Source of the DNA: an uncultured Bacilli bacterium | Lineage (GTDB): Bacteria > Bacillota_I > Bacilli_A > RF39 > UBA660 | Assembly (NCBI GenBank): GCA_944331895.1 | Contig: CALVIX010000002.1 | Location: forward strand, 97,099 to 161,098 | DNA: 64,000 nucleotides | Reading direction: 5' to 3' | Shown here: in pieces, positions 1 through 8,204 of the stretch | Layout: every line of letters begins with the position of its first letter | How positions within the stretch are numbered: the stretch's first letter is position 1 | Notes under the pieces: generated by a model | Seen by the model: the letters and a program-made list of their open reading frames with translations, nothing else | The model's database searches: none | What the model was told of the DNA's origin: nothing | Made by a program: the position numbers and the translations under genes

Positions 1-54
1 AAACACATCTATAATTTGTCTTTTCTTATCGTATATATAATCTTGTGGTCTCAT
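1..54 (-). CDS. N-terminal fragment of a CDS running off the window start (MRPQDYIYDKKRQIIDVF...)
   Basis: ATG at 54 preceded by GGAG RBS; frame open to position 1. Confidence 0.5.
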   Translation of the reverse strand, partial: MRPQDYIYDKKRQIIDVF

Positions 55-122
55 ATGTGCCTCCAATGTAGAATATTATATCACAAAAAAAGGAAGTGGG
101 CATTCTTATACCCACTTTATGC

Positions 123-1520
123 CTAATTTCGTTTTGCTTCAAAATAGAAAGTTGTTCCTTTTTCTTTTTTCGACATCACACCATATTCAAAATGATGATT
201 GATTAAAATATTTTTGACGATAGAAAGACCAATTCCCGTACCTACCGCATTTCGTTTATGTTTTTTACTATTTTTGTAATAACGATCCCAAATATGAGGT
301 AAGTCCTCTTCTTTAATTCCCTTTCCGGTATCTGAAATTTCAACTCGAATCACATCTTCTTTTGGAATCAAGCGAATCGTTACTGTATTATCTTCACCAG
401 TATAATTGATTGCATTATTTAATAAATTATAGATGACTTGTTCTAACTTCTTTTTGTCTGCATATACATAATAATCGTTCTTTTCATCGAATACAAACTT
501 AAGATTTTCTTTTTCTTTTAAAATATCGTAACGTTTTAAAATTGTATAAACAAGTTCCGTAATGTTAAATCGTTCCATATGCATCTCTAAGACTCGCGAT
601 TGTAGTTGTGATAAATCTACGATATCATTTACGAGCCCCGTCATGCGATCCGCTTCTTCTATAATAACATTACAATTTTGAATTCTCTTCTGTTTTTTAT
701 TATAAGTAAGATCTCGCACCATTTCCGCATATGCCTTGATCATCGTAAGTGGTGTTTTTAAATCATGTCCTACGTTCGCAAGCAAATCTCTTCTTAATTC
801 TTCCGTCTTAGATAGCTCGTCTTTCGCATGATTCAACGTCTGTACTAATTGATTGATTTCATCGATATCTTCTTCGGTTTTAAACGTAATATCGTAATTT
901 CCTTCTGCCATTTTGAGCGCTGTTTTATTTACTTTGACAATCGGTCTGGAAAGTTTTTTCGATAAGACATATCCGATCAATAATGAAAGGACAAAAACAC
1001 CAATCGATACATAAATTAACTGACTTTTAATAATGCGCGCTCCCTCATCTAAAGGTTCTAGAGAAGCACTGATAAATCCATAGGTGTCCTGATCTAATTT
1101 AATACCGTATAGTAATGTCTTATTATTTAAAGCAGGATTGATAAGTTCGTACTCTTTTTTTCTTTTCCCACTTTCTATAAAATCGTTTTTATAATATAGA
1201 ATACTAGGGTTCCGATCGCTGTTAATCATACAGCCACGATTAAAAGCAGAGGAAGTATATATCGTACGACCATCCTTTGATACCTCGATACAAATTCCTT
1301 TCTCATAAGCCATATCATCTAAAAGTTCCGTCCAATCATTATCTTGATACTGATTTCTTAAATCAGAGGCTAATGTACGAATCTGTTTACTCTTAACCCA
1401 TTCGTAGTACGTATTTAGAAAAAGAACCTGAAACAGCCATAGAAAAGCCAAAATCAAAAGAGAAAACAAACAGAGATACAACCATATCTTGACTCCTAAA
1501 CTATTTCTCTTTAATTTCAA
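123..1520 (-). CDS. Membrane sensor histidine kinase (HAMP-HisKA-HATPase), OmpR-type pair
   Basis: Two TM segments, H-box GHDLKTPL, N-box NLLNNAINY, G1 DTGKGI, G2 GTGIGL. Confidence 0.95.
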   Translation of the reverse strand: MKLKRNSLGVKIWLYLCLFSLLILAFLWLFQVLFLNTYYEWVKSKQIRTLASDLRNQYQDNDWTELLDDMAYEKGICIEVSKDGRTIYTSSAFNRGCMINSDRNPSILYYKNDFIESGKRKKEYELINPALNNKTLLYGIKLDQDTYGFISASLEPLDEGARIIKSQLIYVSIGVFVLSLLIGYVLSKKLSRPIVKVNKTALKMAEGNYDITFKTEEDIDEINQLVQTLNHAKDELSKTEELRRDLLANVGHDLKTPLTMIKAYAEMVRDLTYNKKQKRIQNCNVIIEEADRMTGLVNDIVDLSQLQSRVLEMHMERFNITELVYTILKRYDILKEKENLKFVFDEKNDYYVYADKKKLEQVIYNLLNNAINYTGEDNTVTIRLIPKEDVIRVEISDTGKGIKEEDLPHIWDRYYKNSKKHKRNAVGTGIGLSIVKNILINHHFEYGVMSKKEKGTTFYFEAKRN

Positions 1521-2175
1521 ATTTATACCCCATACTTCTAACGGTTACAATCAAATCACGATATGGTCCTAAATTGTTACGCAACATCTTAACATGTGTA
1601 TCGATCGTTCGATCATCTCCAAAAAAGTCATACCCCCAAATTTGATTTAAAAGTTGCTCTCTAGAGAGTGCAATATTAGGGTTTGTAACAAAGTATGTCA
1701 ACAATTCATACTCTTTTGGAGTCAATTTTACTTCTTCTTCATCTATGGTAACGACACGACCTTTAAAATCAATCTTGAGTCCTTTATAATGAAATAAATC
1801 TCCTTCCGTTTTTTCTAGATAACGTTTCATAACTGCTTTTATTCGTGCAACCAGTTCCTTTGGACTAAATGGTTTGGTTAAATAATCATCGATTCCAAGT
1901 TGGAATCCCATGAGTTTATCGTACTCTTCTCCTCTTGCAGAAAGCATAATCGTCGGAAGGTTACGTATCTTCTTAATCTCTTCATATGCAGTATACCCAT
2001 CCATCTTAGGCATCATGATATCTAATATCATAAGATCGATAGATGGATCGTTACGAACGATTTCTACTGCATCTAAACCATTTTCTGCTTCGACCACTTC
2101 ATATCCTTCGTTTTCTGCATATTCTATTACGACAGAGCGAATGAGTGCTTCATCATCTACAACAAGTATCTTCAT
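1501..2175 (-). CDS. OmpR-family response regulator (ResD/SrrA-like)
   Basis: ILVVDDE, LDIMMP phospho-Asp, KPFS, winged-helix RTIDTHVK..R; start set at ATG 2175 after GAGGTG RBS; overlaps the HK start. Confidence 0.95.
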   Translation of the reverse strand: MKILVVDDEALIRSVVIEYAENEGYEVVEAENGLDAVEIVRNDPSIDLMILDIMMPKMDGYTAYEEIKKIRNLPTIMLSARGEEYDKLMGFQLGIDDYLTKPFSPKELVARIKAVMKRYLEKTEGDLFHYKGLKIDFKGRVVTIDEEEVKLTPKEYELLTYFVTNPNIALSREQLLNQIWGYDFFGDDRTIDTHVKMLRNNLGPYRDLIVTVRSMGYKFEIKEK

Positions 2176-2192
2176 AGTATCACCTCTCATTC

Positions 2193-2224
2193 ATTATACA
2201 CCGATTCTGTGAAAAACGCATGAA
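2193..2224 (-). promoter_or_regulatory. TATAAT -10 with upstream TTCAT/TTCACA direct repeats 11 bp apart (possible OmpR-family autoregulatory site)
   Basis: Minus strand TTCATgcgtttTTCACAgaatcggtgTATAAT; no good -35. Confidence 0.45.
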
Positions 2225-2250
2225 AAAGCTAGTGAAAATTCACTAGCTTT
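2223..2250 (-). terminator. Intrinsic terminator after aspS
   Basis: AAAGCTAGTGA/TCACTAGCTTT inverted repeat followed by U-run. Confidence 0.85.
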
Positions 2251-2251
2251 C

Positions 2252-3568
2252 TTAAGGGTTTAACCTCGTAGGACCACGATAGATAAATGTAGCCTCACGA
2301 ATATTATCAATATTGAATAATTGCATCATAAAGCGTCCGATTCCGATTGCGAATCCTCCATGTGGTGGACATCCATACTCGAAGAATTCAAGATAGAACG
2401 CAAGAGACTTTGGATCGATCTCTTTTTCGATCATTTGGCGTTCTAAAATATCTCTACGATGTTCTCTTTGTGCGCCCGTCGTAAGTTCAATTCCTCTAAA
2501 TAATAAGTCGTAACTACACGTGTTTCCATCGCTATCAAGCATATGATAGAAAGGTCGTGCGGCAAATGGGAACTTCGTCACAAAGACAAAATCCGTTCCT
2601 GTTTTCTTTTTAAAATACTCGCAAATCAACATTTCTTCTTGACGTTCAAAATCATCTTCTCTCTCTCCTACAAAATTACATTCTTCTTTTAAAATACGTT
2701 TTGCTTCCTCAAATGTAACACGGGCAAATGGAATACTCGTATCAACCAAATCGACATGGAATGTAGACTTGATCTCCTCTCCATATTTTTCGTTCAATTT
2801 AGAAATGACATACTTTAAAAAGTCCTCTTCCATATCCATGACATCATCAAATGAATGGATCCATCCGATTTCTACATCGGCCATGTTAATCTCGGTTGCA
2901 TGATAACTTGTATGAGAATTTTCAGCACGGAACGCAGGACCAATCTCAAATACTTGATCAAACCCAGCAGCAATCGCCATTTGTTTGTAAAATTGTGGGG
3001 ATTGCGAAAGACAAGCTTCCTCTCCAAAATAATCGATCTTAAATACTTCCGCACCAGATTCAGCAGCCCCTGCAGCAATTTTAGGAGAATGTATTTCCAT
3101 GTACTCATGAGCGATAAAATACTCTCTCATCATATGCTCTAGATAAGTCTCACATTCGAATAAGAAATGATTATCCTTGCGACGCAAATCTAAGAAACGA
3201 TAATCTAGTCTCGTCTCTCTCAGCGTTTTTTCTTTATCTTTTAAATCGATTGGAAGTTCATTTTTAGATCGACTCGTCACTTCCACTTCGATCGGCAACA
3301 ATTCCATTCCACGTAATTTCACTTTAGGATTTTCAGAGACAAGTACTTTTGCTTTGATCGTACTTTCAAGAGGTAATTCCTTAAAAAGTTCAACCAATGA
3401 TGCATTCTTCTCTTCGCTTTTTTCAATCGTCATCTGTACTGTTGCACTTCCATCACGTAAGATAATGAATTGAACGTACTGTAAATCGCGAATATTTTCG
3501 ACGAATGCCTGTACTTCTATTTCTTTCCCAAAATATTGATCTAAATCCTTTAATTTAATTCGATTCAT
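2252..3568 (-). CDS. aspS: Aspartate--tRNA ligase, short archaeal/eukaryal type (438 aa, no GAD insertion)
   Basis: OB-fold ..RDLQYVQFIILRD, RLDYRFLDLR, LSQSPQFYKQM, motif 2 FRAE, GAQREH, motif 3 PPHGGFAIG; start ATG 3568 after AGGAGG. Confidence 0.9.
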   Translation of the reverse strand: MNRIKLKDLDQYFGKEIEVQAFVENIRDLQYVQFIILRDGSATVQMTIEKSEEKNASLVELFKELPLESTIKAKVLVSENPKVKLRGMELLPIEVEVTSRSKNELPIDLKDKEKTLRETRLDYRFLDLRRKDNHFLFECETYLEHMMREYFIAHEYMEIHSPKIAAGAAESGAEVFKIDYFGEEACLSQSPQFYKQMAIAAGFDQVFEIGPAFRAENSHTSYHATEINMADVEIGWIHSFDDVMDMEEDFLKYVISKLNEKYGEEIKSTFHVDLVDTSIPFARVTFEEAKRILKEECNFVGEREDDFERQEEMLICEYFKKKTGTDFVFVTKFPFAARPFYHMLDSDGNTCSYDLLFRGIELTTGAQREHRRDILERQMIEKEIDPKSLAFYLEFFEYGCPPHGGFAIGIGRFMMQLFNIDNIREATFIYRGPTRLNP

Positions 3569-3569
3569 A

Positions 3570-4895
3570 CTACTTTTCCTCCTTTTGACAATGACAGTTT
3601 CCTCCACAATGACATTCGTGAACCTCACCATCCAAATTCTGATCTAAAAAATCGACAATATCTTCTAACATCACTTTATATTCTTGCTTTGTGCGATTAT
3701 CTTTTACAGTTAATTCATTTGATTCTACTTCTGTCTCTCCGAGTAAAATGACATATTTCGCACCGACGCGATCGCTCATTTTAAAGTTGCTCTTCATACT
3801 TCGATTCATATAATCAGTTTCTACTTTGTATCCTGTCATACGAAGCGCTTGTACAAGACTTGCAGCATATGGCTTTTGCGCTTCTTCAATTGGCACAACA
3901 TATACATCTACTCCTGATTCGATTGGAAGTTCGATATGTTCATATTCTAATGCAGTAAGAAGTCTTTCCATACCGAGAGCAAATCCAACCCCGGGTGTAT
4001 CAGGTCCACCAATCGTACGTACGAGATCATTGTATCTTCCACCCGCACATAATACATTTTGGCTACCAAACCCCTCTACGGCTGCTTCGACTTCAAATAC
4101 TGTATAAGTATAATAGTCAAGACCCCGCACTAAGTTTGGATTTTCTATATATTCGATATTCATCGCTTCCAAATATTTCTTCACAAGCTCGAAATGTTGC
4201 TTACTCTCTTCCGTCAAATAATCTTTCATCTTTGGCGCATTTTTCATAATCTCTTTTTCAGCATCCACTTTACAATCTAACATACGAAGCGGATTTTTCT
4301 CATATCTAGACTTACAATCTTCGCACATCTCGTCTAAATGTGGTTTAAAATAATCTAGTAACGCCTCACGATATTTTAAACGTGATTCTGTATCTCCTAG
4401 ACTATTGATATTTACTTTGATCCCTTTTAATCCAAGTAGACGATAAAAATTAACTGGAATACTAATAATTTCAGCATCTAACATCGGATCGTTGCTACCG
4501 AATGCCTCTACGCCAAATTGATAAAATTCGCGAAATCTCCCTGCTTGTGGTCTTTCATAACGATACATCGGTCCATAATACCAAGTTTTCATCGGTTGTG
4601 TTGGATCTCCATACATTTTATTTTCGATAAAACTGCGGACAACTCCAGCTGTCCCTTCTGGACGTAGCGTCATATTACGATTTCCGCGATCAGTAAAATC
4701 ATATGTTTCCTTGGTTACAATATCAGTTGTCTCTCCTACGCCACGGTGAAATAGATCACTCTGTTCAAAGAGTGGTGTACGTAAGTACTGATAATTATAT
4801 TTTTCCATCAAAGATGCTAATAAATTTTCTAAATATAATATTTTTTCTCCTTGTGTCCCATACACATCGTAAGTTCCTTTTGGCTTTTGTAACAT
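3570..4895 (-). CDS. hisS: Histidine--tRNA ligase
   Basis: KPKGTYD, LRPEGTAGVVR, YERPQAGRFREFYQFG, LVRGLDYY, GGRY, GFALGMER. Confidence 0.98.
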   Translation of the reverse strand: MLQKPKGTYDVYGTQGEKILYLENLLASLMEKYNYQYLRTPLFEQSDLFHRGVGETTDIVTKETYDFTDRGNRNMTLRPEGTAGVVRSFIENKMYGDPTQPMKTWYYGPMYRYERPQAGRFREFYQFGVEAFGSNDPMLDAEIISIPVNFYRLLGLKGIKVNINSLGDTESRLKYREALLDYFKPHLDEMCEDCKSRYEKNPLRMLDCKVDAEKEIMKNAPKMKDYLTEESKQHFELVKKYLEAMNIEYIENPNLVRGLDYYTYTVFEVEAAVEGFGSQNVLCAGGRYNDLVRTIGGPDTPGVGFALGMERLLTALEYEHIELPIESGVDVYVVPIEEAQKPYAASLVQALRMTGYKVETDYMNRSMKSNFKMSDRVGAKYVILLGETEVESNELTVKDNRTKQEYKVMLEDIVDFLDQNLDGEVHECHCGGNCHCQKEEK

Positions 4896-4907
4896 ATTCT
4901 TCCTCCT

Positions 4908-5444
4908 TTAATCATACCAAGTCATAATATCTTCTAATTCTTTTCTAGGTCTTGGACTAGGTAATTCATCATAATACCCAAGTGCTACTGTCGCACTCAG
5001 TCTCATGCCATCCATATGATAGCATTCTCTTAGTTCATCTTCGATGATGTATGTCATTCGAATCCATACACTACCAATTCCAAGTTCCGTCGCAGTTAAA
5101 AGCATGTTTTCAATCGCAGCACCAATCGACTGCTCCATATTGATTACACTTTCTTCTGGCATCGTATTAAATACTAAAATCAAAGTATTAGCTCTTCTCA
5201 CAGTGCGAGAAGTAGGTTCTGCTGTCATCGTACTTTCATCTTTCTTCATTTTATCTACCATCATTTGATAGACATGTTCTACTTGTTCATTTTTTAGTAC
5301 GACAAAGTGCCACGGCTGCATATTTTTAGCAGAAGGTGCTAAACGTGCACTTTCTAAAATTTTCATAATATCTTCGTTCGAAATGTTCTTCTCATTAAAT
5401 TTGCGAATACTTCTTCGATTTTTAATCGCTTCCTGTAATTCCAT
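4908..5444 (-). CDS. Nitroreductase family flavoprotein
   Basis: RRSIRKF, APSAKNMQPWHFVV, ENMLLTATELGIGSVW, PRPRK; stop overlaps hisS RBS. Confidence 0.92.
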   Translation of the reverse strand: MELQEAIKNRRSIRKFNEKNISNEDIMKILESARLAPSAKNMQPWHFVVLKNEQVEHVYQMMVDKMKKDESTMTAEPTSRTVRRANTLILVFNTMPEESVINMEQSIGAAIENMLLTATELGIGSVWIRMTYIIEDELRECYHMDGMRLSATVALGYYDELPSPRPRKELEDIMTWYD

Positions 5445-5650
5445 ATAATCCCCCTTATACAATAAAAAGAAGCTAGATATAAGGGCGCAGATCGCGCGGT
5501 ACCACCTTATTTCATAGACTTCTCTACCTCGTTCTTTTTAACGCAAAGAATACGTTTTCATCCATGGTGTCTTCTAAAAATAATACTCGATATTCTCACC
5601 AACCATATCGTCTCTTTAAAGTATATCTTTTTATACTCTTCCACTTCATC
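5445..5650 (-). ncRNA. T-box riboswitch leader, probable Asp (GAC) specifier
   Basis: T-box AUAAGGUGGUACCGCGC..GCGCCCUUAU antiterminator (5480-5510); stem I AGAGA and GGUGAGA motifs; specifier loop GAAGACACC (5574-5566). Confidence 0.88.
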
Positions 5651-5664
5651 TGAAATCTACTCTT

Positions 5665-5693
5665 AGTATATAAAATTTTTAATCAAACGTCAA
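5665..5693 (-). promoter_or_regulatory. SigA promoter of the T-box operon
   Basis: TTGACG-N17-TATACT on the minus strand. Confidence 0.8.
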
Positions 5694-5705
5694 GAATATA
5701 CCTCT

Positions 5706-6263
5706 CTATATCTCTTGTATATAATAATTTTGCCTTAATTCACGTACCTTTTTTGGAGATTTCACAACTCCACACGGTAATTCCTGCCCATTGACAATTC
5801 CTAGCTTGTAAAACTCATTTTCATCCCTTTTCTGATAATATCGAAACACAGGATGAATTGATATTCCATCAAAGACATATTGAAGATCGTATAGTTTCCC
5901 ATTTTCTAAATAACATTGTTTTCGAAATAGATGTCCATTATCAAAAGGACTTCCCACCGTCACCTTTAAATCGAGAGGCTCCAATACTCCATTCCGATTT
6001 AATAGTGCGCGATAATGGTAAACGATCGTCATCATACGTTCATCTAATACCTTTTCATCTGGCATTTTTCTTAAATTCCCAGCTTTTATCTCCTGACATA
6101 AAATTAACTGACTCGTCTCTTCTCTACTCATCGTAAGATGCGGTAAGTAAGATATATCGGTGCTATCTTCCAATGACATATCTTTGTTTAAAATAAGATC
6201 AGAATTTTTACTAAAAAGCTTTTTTCTAAACTCCTGGTTATATTTCACAATGTTCAATGCCAT
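5706..6263 (-). CDS. Hypothetical protein, signal-less paralog of the two lipoproteins at 6343 and 9567
   Basis: Shares YLP..MS.EET.QL..., Y..F.GI.I...YQK.E...Y and G.V.S..K..EL motifs; own TTGACA-N17-TACTAT promoter and GAGGGG RBS. Confidence 0.75.
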   Translation of the reverse strand: MALNIVKYNQEFRKKLFSKNSDLILNKDMSLEDSTDISYLPHLTMSREETSQLILCQEIKAGNLRKMPDEKVLDERMMTIVYHYRALLNRNGVLEPLDLKVTVGSPFDNGHLFRKQCYLENGKLYDLQYVFDGISIHPVFRYYQKRDENEFYKLGIVNGQELPCGVVKSPKKVRELRQNYYIQEI

Positions 6264-6342
6264 ATCATCCCCTCAATCTTTTATCTAATATCATAGTATC
6301 TCAATTCTGATAGCTTGTCAAACAAAAAAGAAATCATATTGT

Positions 6343-6969
6343 CTATTTCAACACCTTCTGATTTCCATTCAATTCTTCTATTTTTCTTTCTGATAAGACC
6401 AATCCTGCAGATACAATTTCATTATTATTTGAATCAAGTCGAATATATTTTTCGTACTTTCCATCCTCATCTTTCCGATAGTCGACAATATCGACGATCT
6501 CAATTCCGAGAAAATGAATAACCTCTTTTTCCTCTTCTTCCATAATCGTCGCAGCACCATCAGGATATAAAAACTCTGGGTATGGCAAAGCATATTTTTT
6601 ACTTTCTAACTTCCCGTCCTGTTCTGTATTACTTGAATACCAATAACAAACTGCTTTATCCATCATTTCAAGCGTATTCTCATTCGGCATCTCTGTTATA
6701 TCTTCCGCCTCAATATAAGTACCTGTCGTTAACATTTTTGTTGTAGAACTATCCATAATTGCTGCAGGTAGATACTTCTTACCCAATGGTTCCTGTTGAA
6801 ATGTAGCATCATCGTATTCAGAACCATTATTCATCATCGTTTCCGAATATTCATCTTCCGATCCAATTTCACTATTATTACATCCTGTCATTCCCAATGT
6901 AGCAGTCGTAGCAATCAATGCAGCAAGCATTTTTTTATATAATCTTTTCTTTTTTTCAATCAATGACAT
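6343..6969 (-). CDS. Uncharacterised lipoprotein (paralog family)
   Basis: Signal peptide ending LGMTG-C lipobox; acidic linker; ends KIEELNGNQKVLK; TTGACA-N16-TATAAT promoter. Confidence 0.82.
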   Translation of the reverse strand: MSLIEKKKRLYKKMLAALIATTATLGMTGCNNSEIGSEDEYSETMMNNGSEYDDATFQQEPLGKKYLPAAIMDSSTTKMLTTGTYIEAEDITEMPNENTLEMMDKAVCYWYSSNTEQDGKLESKKYALPYPEFLYPDGAATIMEEEEKEVIHFLGIEIVDIVDYRKDEDGKYEKYIRLDSNNNEIVSAGLVLSERKIEELNGNQKVLK

Positions 6970-7045
6970 TTTCCCATCCCCTTTCACAACACAAACTATT
7001 ATATAAAAATCATATCAATTGTCAAGGAATATGTAAAGAGTAAGT

Positions 7046-7074
7046 AAAAAACAATATCAACATTGATATTGTTT
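7046..7074 (-). terminator. Intrinsic terminator
   Basis: AAACAATATCAA/TTGATATTGTTT hairpin with U-run, just past the 7082 stop. Confidence 0.8.
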
Positions 7075-7081
7075 CTATCGT

Positions 7082-8203
7082 CTATTTTACGATACGATAA
7101 GGACTATCTTCTGTTCCACTTCCAGTTAATAAAGTATCTGCTTTTAAATAGAATGCCATTCTAGCTCCGCTAAAACGGTATTCGTTAGAATAACCAATCG
7201 TATCTGAAAGTAAATTTCCTTGAGGCGTAACAAACCATGCGTCTTTCTCTTCCCCGTAGTTAATCGTCCACCATTGATATTTTGACTTGTATAAATAGTT
7301 GTTCTTAGAACAATCCGTAGTCGATTTACCTCCAGATGTTTGACATGATATTTTTAAATAGTCGCTATTATTTAAAAGTCCCATTGGAAAAGGTTGCGTC
7401 GATATTTCACTTCGTTCGTTTTGTATATCTTCAAATAGTGTCGTATTTCCTTCTTTCACTTTTCCAATATACCAATCTGCCATTGCGATAACGCTTGTGT
7501 CGATCGGTTGTTTTATGGCAACTGTATTGATCTTTTCTTCTCTATAGAATCGATTCAAACGATCCTTTAAATCAGATGAATTTTCAAAATTTCCAGATCT
7601 TTGCTTGTCTTCATCCCATGATAACAATGCAATAAAACCAGAATTATTATCAGCGATATCAACACAATTTCCATCTGCATTTGCAAGTCCTTCATAAACG
7701 ACTTTCACTGTATCATTTTGAGCGATATTTACAACTCGATAACAACTACCAGAATAATATAAATAATTGTCCGGATTTTCTCCAACAAAATATTTCTTAC
7801 TACTAAATGGTTTAGTTATATCTTTCCCAGTCGCTTCTGTGTCGTCTAATAATACTTTTCTATCGCTTGTCTTTTCGATGTATGAAGCTGCAGTGTCATA
7901 AGAAAAATACTTACATTCATTACGAATCACCGGTTTATCATTTGGATATTCTTGTACAATACAATAATCTCCGTAATCCCACGCGCCAAAAATTTTACCT
8001 TCTGGTGTCTGATACAAATCTCCTTGTTTGTAAGAATGTTTTGTGATTTTGTCAACTTTTTTTGCTAACAATTTCTCTGTAGTTGTTTTAAACTTTTCGT
8101 AAGCGTCATCTTCCATAATAAAAGGAATATGAATCATCAAGGCAGATAACACTGCACACGTCACTAAAAAAGCTAATAATATATACACCATTTGTTTTCT
8201 CAT
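7082..8203 (-). CDS. Membrane-anchored extracellular protein with C-terminal GSGT..SPY-type domain
   Basis: N-terminal hydrophobic helix; NPDNYLYYSGSCYRVVNI, WWTIN, R..FYLKAD....GSGTEDSPYRI motifs; start 1 nt after upstream stop. Confidence 0.75.
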   Translation of the reverse strand: MRKQMVYILLAFLVTCAVLSALMIHIPFIMEDDAYEKFKTTTEKLLAKKVDKITKHSYKQGDLYQTPEGKIFGAWDYGDYCIVQEYPNDKPVIRNECKYFSYDTAASYIEKTSDRKVLLDDTEATGKDITKPFSSKKYFVGENPDNYLYYSGSCYRVVNIAQNDTVKVVYEGLANADGNCVDIADNNSGFIALLSWDEDKQRSGNFENSSDLKDRLNRFYREEKINTVAIKQPIDTSVIAMADWYIGKVKEGNTTLFEDIQNERSEISTQPFPMGLLNNSDYLKISCQTSGGKSTTDCSKNNYLYKSKYQWWTINYGEEKDAWFVTPQGNLLSDTIGYSNEYRFSGARMAFYLKADTLLTGSGTEDSPYRIVK

Positions 8204-8204
8204 A

